This document shows, in pieces, positions 20,021-28,440 of a stretch of DNA of 64,000 nucleotides. The DNA comes from Clostridiales bacterium. Its GTDB lineage: Bacteria > Bacillota > Clostridia > Christensenellales > UBA1242. The stretch is from positions 2,600-66,599 of the forward strand of contig SVIC01000002.1 in the NCBI GenBank assembly GCA_015055515.1, read 5' to 3'. The notes under the pieces were generated by a model, which did no database searches, was not told the DNA's origin, and saw only the letters and a program-made list of their open reading frames with translations. Both the position numbers and the translations under genes were made by a program. Positions within the stretch are counted from its first letter, which is position 1. Each line of letters begins with the position of its first letter.

Positions 20021-20422
20021 ATTAATTAATTCTAATTTGTTGTGTATTATAATTGGATCAAAACCGATTAATTCATCTTTTAACATTCCATCTGGTAAAT
20101 CATTAACGAAATAAATCAGTTTGTTTAATCGGAAAGCATCATATATTTCTAGAAATGTTGCGCCACCAATATAATTTTTGATGCCGTTCTTTTCAAAATT
20201 AAGCACTAATACAGCATCTACGCCTTTTATTACTTCTTCGCTATGTTTTATCATGCTGGCCTTCCATTTTGCGTGATCAGAAGTTCCTCTGTATTTGGCT
20301 TCAGTCTCTGGGCAATTCCAGCAGTTTGGTAAATATATAGTATGACCTAGATTTTCAAGAGATTGCTTATAATAATCTAATTTATCATAAAAAGACTTAC
20401 TGCATATTAGAAATATTTTCAT
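20012..20422 (-). CDS. Nucleoside 2-deoxyribosyltransferase-like protein
   Basis: MKIFLICS...LGHTIYLP...DAVLVLN...NYIGGATFLEI..A..LNK.IY pattern; AAGGTG RBS. Confidence 0.6.
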   Translation of the reverse strand: MKIFLICSKSFYDKLDYYKQSLENLGHTIYLPNCWNCPETEAKYRGTSDHAKWKASMIKHSEEVIKGVDAVLVLNFEKNGIKNYIGGATFLEIYDAFRLNKLIYFVNDLPDGMLKDELIGFDPIIIHNKLELINKK

Positions 20423-20520
20423 TGTTATCACCTTATTATTTTATTATAGATTTATTATATCACACATTCATATTTTTTCTAAACATATTAATGAAAAGGA
20501 TAATATTCAACATTAAAAAT

Positions 20521-20543
20521 AAAACGACCATAAAGGTCGTTTT
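20521..20543 (-). terminator. Terminator after tRNA-Trp
   Basis: AAAACGACC-ATAAA-GGTCGTTTT. Confidence 0.8.
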
Positions 20544-20551
20544 ATAATCTT

Positions 20552-20625
20552 TGGCAGGGGTGGAAGGAATCGAACCCTCCTCAGGAGTTTTGGAGACTCT
20601 TATTCTACCGATGAACTACACCCCT
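20552..20625 (-). tRNA. tRNA-Trp(CCA)
   Basis: Cloverleaf AGGGGTG TA GTTC ATCGGTA GAAT A AGAGT CTCCAAA ACTCC TGAG GAGGG TTCGATT CCTTC CACCCCT G CCA. Confidence 0.97.
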
Positions 20626-20763
20626 AAATTCAGTACTGCTATAGTATACCTAAGATAAATATATTTGTCAATTATTTCATAAAAGATATTTTTTTATTTT
20701 TGTTTCTGTTATATAATTTGGTACAATATAACTATATATTAATGTAATTTGGGGTTTTATATA

Positions 20764-21219
20764 ATGAAAGATATTATACTATATACAGACGGGGCGTGCT
20801 CTGGAAATCCTGGAGTAGGGGGTTATGGCTATATATTATTCTATAAAGATAAATATAAAGAGTTTTCAGGCGTAGATCCAGAGACAACAAATAACAAAAT
20901 GGAGATTACTGCTGTAATTAAGGGGTTGAATCAAATAAAAGAACCTTGTAATGTTACAGTATATACTGATAGTGCATATACAATGAACGCATTTGAAGAG
21001 AAGTGGATCGATGCTTGGATTGCTAAAGGTTGGAAGACTGCTAATAACAAGCCAGTTAAGAACGTTGAATTATGGCAAGAATTGATTAAAGCAATGTCGA
21101 GGCACAATTCTGTACAATGGGTTAAGGTAAAGGGGCATTCAGACAACAAATATAATAACAGATGTGATGAATTGGCAAGAAGCGAAATAGAAAAATGGTC
21201 AAAAAAAGAGTATATTTAA
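20764..21219 (+). CDS. rnhA: Ribonuclease HI
   Basis: YTDGACSGNPG.GG, TTNNKMEI, TDS.Y, PVKN..LW, WVKVKGH...NNRCDELA. Confidence 0.96.
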   Translation: MKDIILYTDGACSGNPGVGGYGYILFYKDKYKEFSGVDPETTNNKMEITAVIKGLNQIKEPCNVTVYTDSAYTMNAFEEKWIDAWIAKGWKTANNKPVKNVELWQELIKAMSRHNSVQWVKVKGHSDNKYNNRCDELARSEIEKWSKKEYI

Positions 21220-21234
21220 TAATATACTCTTTTT
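21202..21234. terminator. Bidirectional terminator between rnhA and the ABC permease
   Basis: AAAAAGAGTATATT-TAAT-AATATACTCTTTTT. Confidence 0.75.
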
Positions 21235-23272
21235 AATATGATTTTTTCTTAAATACAGTAACATTTATAATGTTAATTATAATTATTGTTAATAGTGTAA
21301 TGATTAGGCTCAAATAGAAACTCTGACTAGAATAAGAAGTATAATCAAATAATCTATGTAATATATTGTCAGAAGTGTAAGTTGTTGCATAGAAATATTT
21401 ATTTAAGTTGAAGTTATTAGATGGGAATATAGCCATTATTGGTGAAACAATCTTGGATAATAATCCACAACCAAGTAATGTAATAATAGATGTTGTTATT
21501 GTAATTGACAAGCTCTTGCATGCTATGGATATAAGGTATATTATCGTAGCATATGCAACTACCTCTATAATATTACAGATCAAATTTATTAATATTGCTA
21601 CTATTGGTTGTATAGTAATAATAGTTGTAGCATTGAATACTGTTATTATATTTCCAACTTCTTCTCCAAACATTATTATACCAACAAAGCCCGATGTTAT
21701 AGTTGATATTATAAGAGTAAGAACTATTAATGATAAAGTAGTAAAGTATTTTGCAAAGTATATTGATTGTCTAGAATTTGGAGACATAAGAATATATCTC
21801 AATCTACCATTTCTATTTCCTCCACTGATTGAGTAACATATAAGGATAGCAGAGACAATAGTTATAATTATAGAAGTTATTTTCATTGCAAACACGACAT
21901 AATCATATGCTGTTATACTATCATTTACTTGATAATTAAATTGGTAATTATTAATAATATCTGTAGGATATGTGTTATTGGTAATATAGTACTTCGATAA
22001 TGTAACTTGGCATTGAGACTCGTATATTTGATTGTCATCTAAATATTTTTGGTAAATATCATATTCATTAGAACATTGAATCGTAAGTGTATTGTTAATC
22101 AAATTTATAATAGAATCTGATAGGACGCTCTGTTTTGTTATAAGTTCCTTCATTGACTTTGAATTTTTATTTGAATATGCAGATTCTATTAATTCGTTAT
22201 TAATCTGTGTGTTTTCGGATAGTTTATCTACATAATCGTTCAATTCATGCAGTCTTTCGGTAGTAATTGAAACTATTTTGAAATTATTGTCGAACGATTC
22301 TATGTGATTTAAGAAATTGGTTTCCTTTATCTCCGCTATGATGGTTCGATGTTCAGATCTTGATGTTGTATAAGTATTGGATATTTCTAAGACTTGGGAT
22401 ACAAATTTTGCAACATTGTCTTTTAACTCGTTCTTAACCACAACTATATTAAATTCGCTATTAATAATAGCATTTAACATAATATTATAAGAATTTAGCT
22501 TGTTATAAAAATTAGATAATTTGTTATTTGCTTCATATGAATTAAAGAATTGAGTAGCTGTACTTGTAACGTAATTTTGATAATTGTTAAATGAGTTTAG
22601 AATTTCATCGTATTTTTGATTTAGTGTATATTGCAAGAAATTAAGAGAAATATTTTTACAATTTTGTAATGTTTTAGTAAAAGTTTCACTATTTAGTAGG
22701 GTATATATTCTATTACCATAATCATTTCCACCATTATTTATATAACTGGTAATAGTTGCTAATGTCTGATTAATTTTGCCGAATTCAATATTTTGCATAT
22801 ATTCTGATTGGTTTTTTAGTAGTTGTACATACTGAATATCATACATTCCATTGAAGTTGGTTAATTGTTCGTTAAATTGTTCAAGTGAGTCTTTTAGTAG
22901 ATTTGCTTTTTCATTAATAAGGGCTGTATTTCCGCCATATTTAATTGTCTCTAGATTATTAAAATCTACCAATATTTTATCATATAGAGTGTTGATTTTT
23001 TCTTCTCTTTCCTTAATAAGATTGTAATAAGATATTACGCTTAGTGACATATCTGTTCTGTTATTTAGTTGGGGCAAAATATTATCACTATATATAGAAT
23101 TTAGTTCTTCTATTGTGTAGTCTTGCATGTCTAATGATGTTTTATTGTTTGGTTGTGTAGGGGAGTAAGCAAAAGCCAACACTATATTTAATAATATTAT
23201 AATGAGCAATATTATAATGTATATAGGATTTCTTTTTTTAGTATTAAACTCAAATTTTAATAATTTTGACAC
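21233..23272 (-). CDS. ABC-2 type permease with a very large extracytoplasmic domain
   Basis: One N-terminal TM, about 410-aa soluble region, five C-terminal TMs with GRLRYILMSP.SR..IY.AK motif. Confidence 0.8.
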   Translation of the reverse strand: MSKLLKFEFNTKKRNPIYIIILLIIILLNIVLAFAYSPTQPNNKTSLDMQDYTIEELNSIYSDNILPQLNNRTDMSLSVISYYNLIKEREEKINTLYDKILVDFNNLETIKYGGNTALINEKANLLKDSLEQFNEQLTNFNGMYDIQYVQLLKNQSEYMQNIEFGKINQTLATITSYINNGGNDYGNRIYTLLNSETFTKTLQNCKNISLNFLQYTLNQKYDEILNSFNNYQNYVTSTATQFFNSYEANNKLSNFYNKLNSYNIMLNAIINSEFNIVVVKNELKDNVAKFVSQVLEISNTYTTSRSEHRTIIAEIKETNFLNHIESFDNNFKIVSITTERLHELNDYVDKLSENTQINNELIESAYSNKNSKSMKELITKQSVLSDSIINLINNTLTIQCSNEYDIYQKYLDDNQIYESQCQVTLSKYYITNNTYPTDIINNYQFNYQVNDSITAYDYVVFAMKITSIIITIVSAILICYSISGGNRNGRLRYILMSPNSRQSIYFAKYFTTLSLIVLTLIISTITSGFVGIIMFGEEVGNIITVFNATTIITIQPIVAILINLICNIIEVVAYATIIYLISIACKSLSITITTSIITLLGCGLLSKIVSPIMAIFPSNNFNLNKYFYATTYTSDNILHRLFDYTSYSSQSFYLSLIITLLTIIIINIINVTVFKKKSY

Positions 23273-23274
23273 TT

Positions 23275-24222
23275 CTAATTATATTCTCCAATCCATGATT
23301 TATTGATAGCTTTTTGTTGAAGTACTTCTTCGAATAATTGTTGTAATGATTTTGTTACAACATCTGTTTTGAACACGGTAATTTTATAACTCTTTAATCT
23401 GTCTAGGATTTTATCTTTATTATCTGCTGAAATATACGCAAGAATTCTACTGCCACATAGTTGAACTCTGCATTTGAATTCATTATATATAATTTTTCCA
23501 GCATAATTAGGATAATCTACAGTAAATGCCAACTTAGAGTCTCTTATAGAATCCATTTTTAATGATTCCATGCTTCTTGTCTCTAATATTGTGCCGTTAT
23601 TGATGATTGCAATATTGGTACATATATCTTCCATATGTCCAAGCATCTGACTTGATATTATGAATGTAATCTTATATTTATTTGCTAAATGTTTTATCAA
23701 ATCTTGCATATCTTTTAATTCTTTGGCATTCAAACCCGCAAATGGATCATCCAATATTATTAATTTGGGATCTGTCGCTATTGCTGTTGCTATACATAGT
23801 TTTTGTCTTTCGGCCAATGAGTAAGTTCTGGCTTTTACTTTTAATAAATGCTCTATTCCTACTATCTGTGCAGCATTTACAATTACGCTATCAGCATATT
23901 TTTCATGCAGACCAGCAAGTAGTCGCATATTCTTAAGACCATTTAAGTAGTTATATAATTTAGGTAATGTAATAAACCCACTTATATTTTTTACTGCTTC
24001 AATATAGTTTTCTTTATAACTAATATCATTAACCTTAATGGTTCCTTTGTCTGGAATAAGAGATCCGGTTATTGCTCTAAGGATTGCAGATTTGCCTGAA
24101 TTAATTGGGCCAAGAAGTCCAAAAATTTCTCCTTCATACACATTGAAAGAGACATTATTAATCGCAACTTGGTGACCAAATGTTTTTGTTAAATTTTCTA
24201 CAGATAAAATTGGAACTGACAA
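23275..24222 (-). CDS. ABC transporter ATP-binding protein with degenerate catalytic motifs
   Basis: GEIFGLLGPINSGKS, YSLAERQKL, LIILDDP, ISSQ. Confidence 0.85.
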   Translation of the reverse strand: MSVPILSVENLTKTFGHQVAINNVSFNVYEGEIFGLLGPINSGKSAILRAITGSLIPDKGTIKVNDISYKENYIEAVKNISGFITLPKLYNYLNGLKNMRLLAGLHEKYADSVIVNAAQIVGIEHLLKVKARTYSLAERQKLCIATAIATDPKLIILDDPFAGLNAKELKDMQDLIKHLANKYKITFIISSQMLGHMEDICTNIAIINNGTILETRSMESLKMDSIRDSKLAFTVDYPNYAGKIIYNEFKCRVQLCGSRILAYISADNKDKILDRLKSYKITVFKTDVVTKSLQQLFEEVLQQKAINKSWIGEYN

Positions 24223-24332
24223 AATTGCACCACCTTAACTTATATATTAAATTCTATCATAATGATATAAAATTGTAAAATCATATTTATTGTAATTTAA
24301 TAATATAAATATTTGAAAGGGGGATAGTGAGT

Positions 24333-25178
24333 ATGCTTAAAAAATTTATTAAATTAATATTATCGCTGATTCCTGTTTTTATGCTTATAATAGGACTTTT
24401 TTGTAATAGTATTCTGTACCTCGATACAAATATTAAAGTTGTTATTTCTTTTATTATAATATTGTTTTCATGCATATATTTGGTATATTCTGGTAAGCTG
24501 CCATTAGTTTTAAGAAAAGTAATAATTGTCATCGCATATGTATTTTCTTTTGGTCTAATATTATATTCTTTATTAGATCATTATGATATGCTTAAATATT
24601 TTACATCTATTACAGCGATAAAAGAGTTAATACTTGCTACAGGCGGTAAGGGAGTCTTTGTATTTTTCTTGATACAAGTGGCACAAGTAGTATTTTTACC
24701 AATTCCTGCGATTGCGTTAATAATTGTTGGTATACTTGTATTTGGACCAATAAAGACAATGGTTTTATGTATATTGGGGGTATTAATAGGATCATATATT
24801 GCTTTTATGATAGGTAAAACATTTGGATATAAATTCATATCATGGATAATTGGCCAAAATAAAGTAGATAAATGTGCCAATTTATTAAAAAATAATGGTA
24901 AATATTTATTATCAATAGTATTTATTTTTCCATTTTTTCCAGATGATTTGTTCTGTATGGTTGCAGGAATGTCTTCTATGACTTTTAAGGAGTTTTTTAT
25001 TATTGCGACTTCTATTAGACCAATAACAATTGTTGTTCTTTGCCTATTTGGAGGTGAGGCCTTCATGTCCTCAAACATATATTTATTAATAATCTTTATA
25101 GCGATAATTATTGTAGGAATATTTTTATTTATTAAGTTGAAAAAGAATAAGAGAATAAAAGCATTATTAAAAAATTGA
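24333..25178 (+). CDS. TVP38/TMEM64 (VTT, DedA-superfamily) membrane protein
   Basis: QVVFLPIP, FG..G, FPFFPDD.FC.VAG.S.M, hydrophobic throughout. Confidence 0.85.
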   Translation: MLKKFIKLILSLIPVFMLIIGLFCNSILYLDTNIKVVISFIIILFSCIYLVYSGKLPLVLRKVIIVIAYVFSFGLILYSLLDHYDMLKYFTSITAIKELILATGGKGVFVFFLIQVAQVVFLPIPAIALIIVGILVFGPIKTMVLCILGVLIGSYIAFMIGKTFGYKFISWIIGQNKVDKCANLLKNNGKYLLSIVFIFPFFPDDLFCMVAGMSSMTFKEFFIIATSIRPITIVVLCLFGGEAFMSSNIYLLIIFIAIIIVGIFLFIKLKKNKRIKALLKN

Positions 25179-25229
25179 TAAATTTCGATATGTTGCAGTA
25201 ACATGATTTTTAATATATTAACGAAATAA

Positions 25230-25259
25230 AATAAACACCTTGAAATAAAGGTGTTTATT
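25230..25259. terminator. Terminator between the VTT gene and the PadR-like gene
   Basis: AATAAACACCT...AGGTGTTTATT inverted repeat. Confidence 0.7.
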
Positions 25260-25269
25260 GTGAGTGCAA

Positions 25270-27171
25270 TTAATATAATTTTTTATTCATAGTTATAATT
25301 TTATATATTATAGGGCCAAGAACTAGGTTAAATGCTAGCACACATGGAACAATAAGTTTAGTATAGAAATATTCTATATTGGTTGCGTCTAAGCCTAGGA
25401 ATGAATTGATTGCATATGTAAGGGTGCATAATACCAAGAAACTAAGCACACCCAAAATTAAGGAATAGCCGAATTTGAATGTATTGAGTTTTCTCTTATT
25501 TGGATTAAAGAATATTGGTAATATTAGAATTAGGCTAATGGCTATAACTAGAACATATGCAAAAATAAATATTGTATTATCTGTGGTTGTAAATAGGGTG
25601 TTGCCTTTCAGTATTATTAGTAGTGATGTTAGTTCAACAAGCATTACAATAAGTAGGCTTATGCCTAGGAAGAATTTTGCTTTATTTGATTTGATGTAGC
25701 TTCTTTGATTAATATCAATATCGCTTATATCGTTCTTATATCTTACATGTGCATTATATTCTGAAATCTTGATATTATTATCGTTATCCTCTTCCAATAC
25801 GCTTTCATCTTCATCTTCTTGTCTGTCATATTTGAAGTAATATGAATCATCTTCATCTTCTTCAAAATTAGCATATTGACTATCTACGAAAGATTGTTCG
25901 TTTGAATACTCAGAATTTTCTTCTTCTGCTAATTGGGGTTTAACCATTCTGCTATCTGCAATATTATCGAACTTTTCTAAGAATTTTTTATTTCTTTCTG
26001 CAATTTCTTCTTCTGTCATTGTATCGAATTGATCAATATTGTTGTGAGTTTCAGCTTTAGTAGTTGTCTTAGTTTTTGATCCTTTTCTCATGATCTCATC
26101 AAAATCAGAGGAATTGAACATATTTGATTGTTCTACGCTATTAATAGTTCTGTTATTGGTTTGTTGTATAGCATTAGTATTTATATATTTCTTAGTAATA
26201 CCATTCTCATCAACAAAATAAGTTGGCTGTGCTTCGTTAAATGTATATTGTGTTTGTCTGTTGCTATATTCATTAGGGGAGTGGTTGCCATAAAGAATGT
26301 TCATTGAGTTCTGCTTTTTCTGTTCGCGTTCATACAATGTTTCGTCTTGTACTATTCTATTATTTTCTATTGTAGATGCCTTAATAGAATTATATACATT
26401 GTTTATTTCTCTACTTAAGTTGTTCGTGTATTTAATAGTATCATTATTTGTAGTTTCTTGAATATATTTGTCGATTTCATTATCTTCGATATTATCTAAT
26501 TCTTCTATACTTGTATATTCATTATCGCTATCGGTTTGTTCTTCTTCTATATACAAACTATCATCTTTTACATCGGGCTCTTCGATATCGTTCTCTTCGT
26601 ATTCTTCAGGTTCATAGTCTGGTATATCATCCATTATATCTTCTTGTGGTTCTTCTATCTCATCATCTGTTGTGTAAGCATCATCTTCATCTGCCAGTAA
26701 TGAGTTGATTCTATCATTTACATCGAAATTATAATTTGAATATGAATAGGAAGAGATATTATCATTATCATCTGTTTCGCTTGAATCAATGTTGTATTCT
26801 TCATTATCATCTACGTTATCAACTTCTTCTACGTTATTATTGAATTCATAATCATCATTTAGAAATTCATAACTACTACGCTTATTCAATACATTGGATT
26901 CATAATATTTTCTTCCAGCATCTGTAAGTGTATAATAATGTCTTCTGCCACCAATCTCAGAATCAGCCCACGATGATGTTACATAACCCTTATTTTCGAA
27001 TCTAGTAAGACTGCTATAAAGGCTAGGTTGTTTTAATACTATTTTACCATCTGTCTTATTCTCTACTTCTTTTATAATCTCATAGCCATATTTACTGCCA
27101 GAGTAAAGGGTCTCCAATATAATATTGTTTACCGATCCTCTAGAAGCATTTCTTCTTGTTCTTTTTGCCAT
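25270..27171 (-). CDS. PadR-family winged-helix protein with a long acidic linker and four C-terminal TM helices
   Basis: IILETL...KYGYEIIKEV...LKQPSLYSSL.R.E..GYV.S.W....GG.RRHYY.LT..G; D/E/N-rich middle; hydrophobic C-terminus. Confidence 0.8.
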   Translation of the reverse strand: MAKRTRRNASRGSVNNIILETLYSGSKYGYEIIKEVENKTDGKIVLKQPSLYSSLTRFENKGYVTSSWADSEIGGRRHYYTLTDAGRKYYESNVLNKRSSYEFLNDDYEFNNNVEEVDNVDDNEEYNIDSSETDDNDNISSYSYSNYNFDVNDRINSLLADEDDAYTTDDEIEEPQEDIMDDIPDYEPEEYEENDIEEPDVKDDSLYIEEEQTDSDNEYTSIEELDNIEDNEIDKYIQETTNNDTIKYTNNLSREINNVYNSIKASTIENNRIVQDETLYEREQKKQNSMNILYGNHSPNEYSNRQTQYTFNEAQPTYFVDENGITKKYINTNAIQQTNNRTINSVEQSNMFNSSDFDEIMRKGSKTKTTTKAETHNNIDQFDTMTEEEIAERNKKFLEKFDNIADSRMVKPQLAEEENSEYSNEQSFVDSQYANFEEDEDDSYYFKYDRQEDEDESVLEEDNDNNIKISEYNAHVRYKNDISDIDINQRSYIKSNKAKFFLGISLLIVMLVELTSLLIILKGNTLFTTTDNTIFIFAYVLVIAISLILILPIFFNPNKRKLNTFKFGYSLILGVLSFLVLCTLTYAINSFLGLDATNIEYFYTKLIVPCVLAFNLVLGPIIYKIITMNKKLY

Positions 27172-27248
27172 TGTTTAATTTACTCCAAAATAAAATTGTT
27201 TATTTGTCGCCAAAAAAAATATTTTGTATATTTTATCTAATTTATATA

Positions 27249-27277
27249 AGTATATAAAAAAATAATCGCGATAGTCA
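27249..27277 (-). promoter_or_regulatory. SigA promoter of the PadR-like gene
   Basis: Minus strand TTGACT-17 nt-TATACT. Confidence 0.65.
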
Positions 27278-27370
27278 AATGAAATACTATGCAAACTATT
27301 TTTTTTATATTATAATACTATGCATAGAGTAAAATATGGCTTATTATGACAGAAAGAGGGGAGGTTAGTA

Positions 27371-28036
27371 ATGAGACCAGATTGTATAATTAGGACCAAT
27401 AGACGCAGTATGTCTTTGTCGGTTAGCAAAGATGGAAAAGTCATTGTGCGAGCACCTAGAAAATTAGATATTAATAAAATATTTGAATTTGTGAACGAAA
27501 AAGAATCTTGGATTAATAAACACTTGAACGCAATCAAAAATACCTCTCTGGTCAATCATGATATAAAAGAATATAACGTATTTTTATTTCTTGGAAATAA
27601 ATATAAATTAAGACAGGTGGCCGGAATAAAACAGATTGAATTTTGTAGTAACGAAATTATTTATCCTACTAATTGGGATAAGGAAATTCTGATTGCTAAA
27701 ATGAAGAAAAAATATCGCCAGTTAGCCTCTTCAATACTAAATGATAGGATTGAGTATTTTGCAAAGTTAATGCAATTAGATTATAATACTTTTGCTGTAA
27801 GAGATTATAAGGCAAGGTGGGGATGTTGTTCTAAGAAATTAGATATTGTAATTAATTATAAGGCAATTATGTTGCCACATGTATTAATAGATTATATTCT
27901 TATTCATGAGTTAAGTCATATTATTGAGTTTAATCATTCTTCATCTTTTTATAAGATAATAGAAAGTGTAATGCCTGACTGGAAAAAGAATAGGAAGAAA
28001 TTAAAGGATTATGATTTTCTTTTAGGATTGTTTTAG
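27371..28036 (+). CDS. YgjP/DUF45 (M48-like) zinc-dependent hydrolase
   Basis: R..RRS.SL...V.VRAP, RWGCCS, IDYILIHELSH..EFNHS..FY. Confidence 0.88.
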   Translation: MRPDCIIRTNRRSMSLSVSKDGKVIVRAPRKLDINKIFEFVNEKESWINKHLNAIKNTSLVNHDIKEYNVFLFLGNKYKLRQVAGIKQIEFCSNEIIYPTNWDKEILIAKMKKKYRQLASSILNDRIEYFAKLMQLDYNTFAVRDYKARWGCCSKKLDIVINYKAIMLPHVLIDYILIHELSHIIEFNHSSSFYKIIESVMPDWKKNRKKLKDYDFLLGLF

Positions 28037-28263
28037 ATAAATAATTAATAACCAACTGTAATTATTTATTTTATATAATATAGGTACTATGCAAACTGTA
28101 CTGCACATATAACTATAACTTTTTATAAAAAAGCGAAACATTATGAAAATTTATTTTTTACTAAATAATATTAGGGTAATAGTACAGTATAAGGGTAATG
28201 GCTTAATATAGGACTATTTTATTAATTACTGATATAAAACAGTTAAAATAGATGCTTAAAAAC

Positions 28264-28291
28264 TATTCGCAAAAGAATAGTTTTGCGAAAT
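28264..28291. other. Candidate chromosome dimer resolution site (difSL/difH-like, single-recombinase type)
   Basis: TATTCGCAAAA-GAATAG-TTTTGCGAAAT: 11-6-11 near-perfect palindrome in non-coding DNA at the gene-orientation switch, 1.2 kb from the xer gene. Confidence 0.65.
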
Positions 28292-28416
28292 AATAGCGGG
28301 TTTTAGCCATAAATATGCATAAGATCATAATATTATATAAAATTATTAATGCAAAAACTGCAACTTTGGCTATTTATGGTCGCTTTTGCGTAATATGCAA
28401 AGAGTTTGAATAGTAC

Positions 28417-28440
28417 AAAAAATGCATAATACTATGCATT
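28417..28440 (-). terminator. Terminator overlapping the stop codon of the CD-NTase-like gene
   Basis: Minus strand AATGCATA-GTAT-TATGCATT-TTTT. Confidence 0.55.

Noticed and set aside
28173-28199. AGGGTAAT direct repeat as a KOPS-like polar motif
   Set aside because: Few copies in the window (also 18315, 19451, inverted 47625) and one wrongly oriented copy at 50610; not distinguishable from chance without genome-wide counts.
28037-28431. CRISPR array, or canonical E. coli/B. subtilis type dif, in the long intergenic region
   Set aside because: No regularly spaced repeats and no cas genes; no TTATGTTAAAT or TTATGTAAACT arm found.
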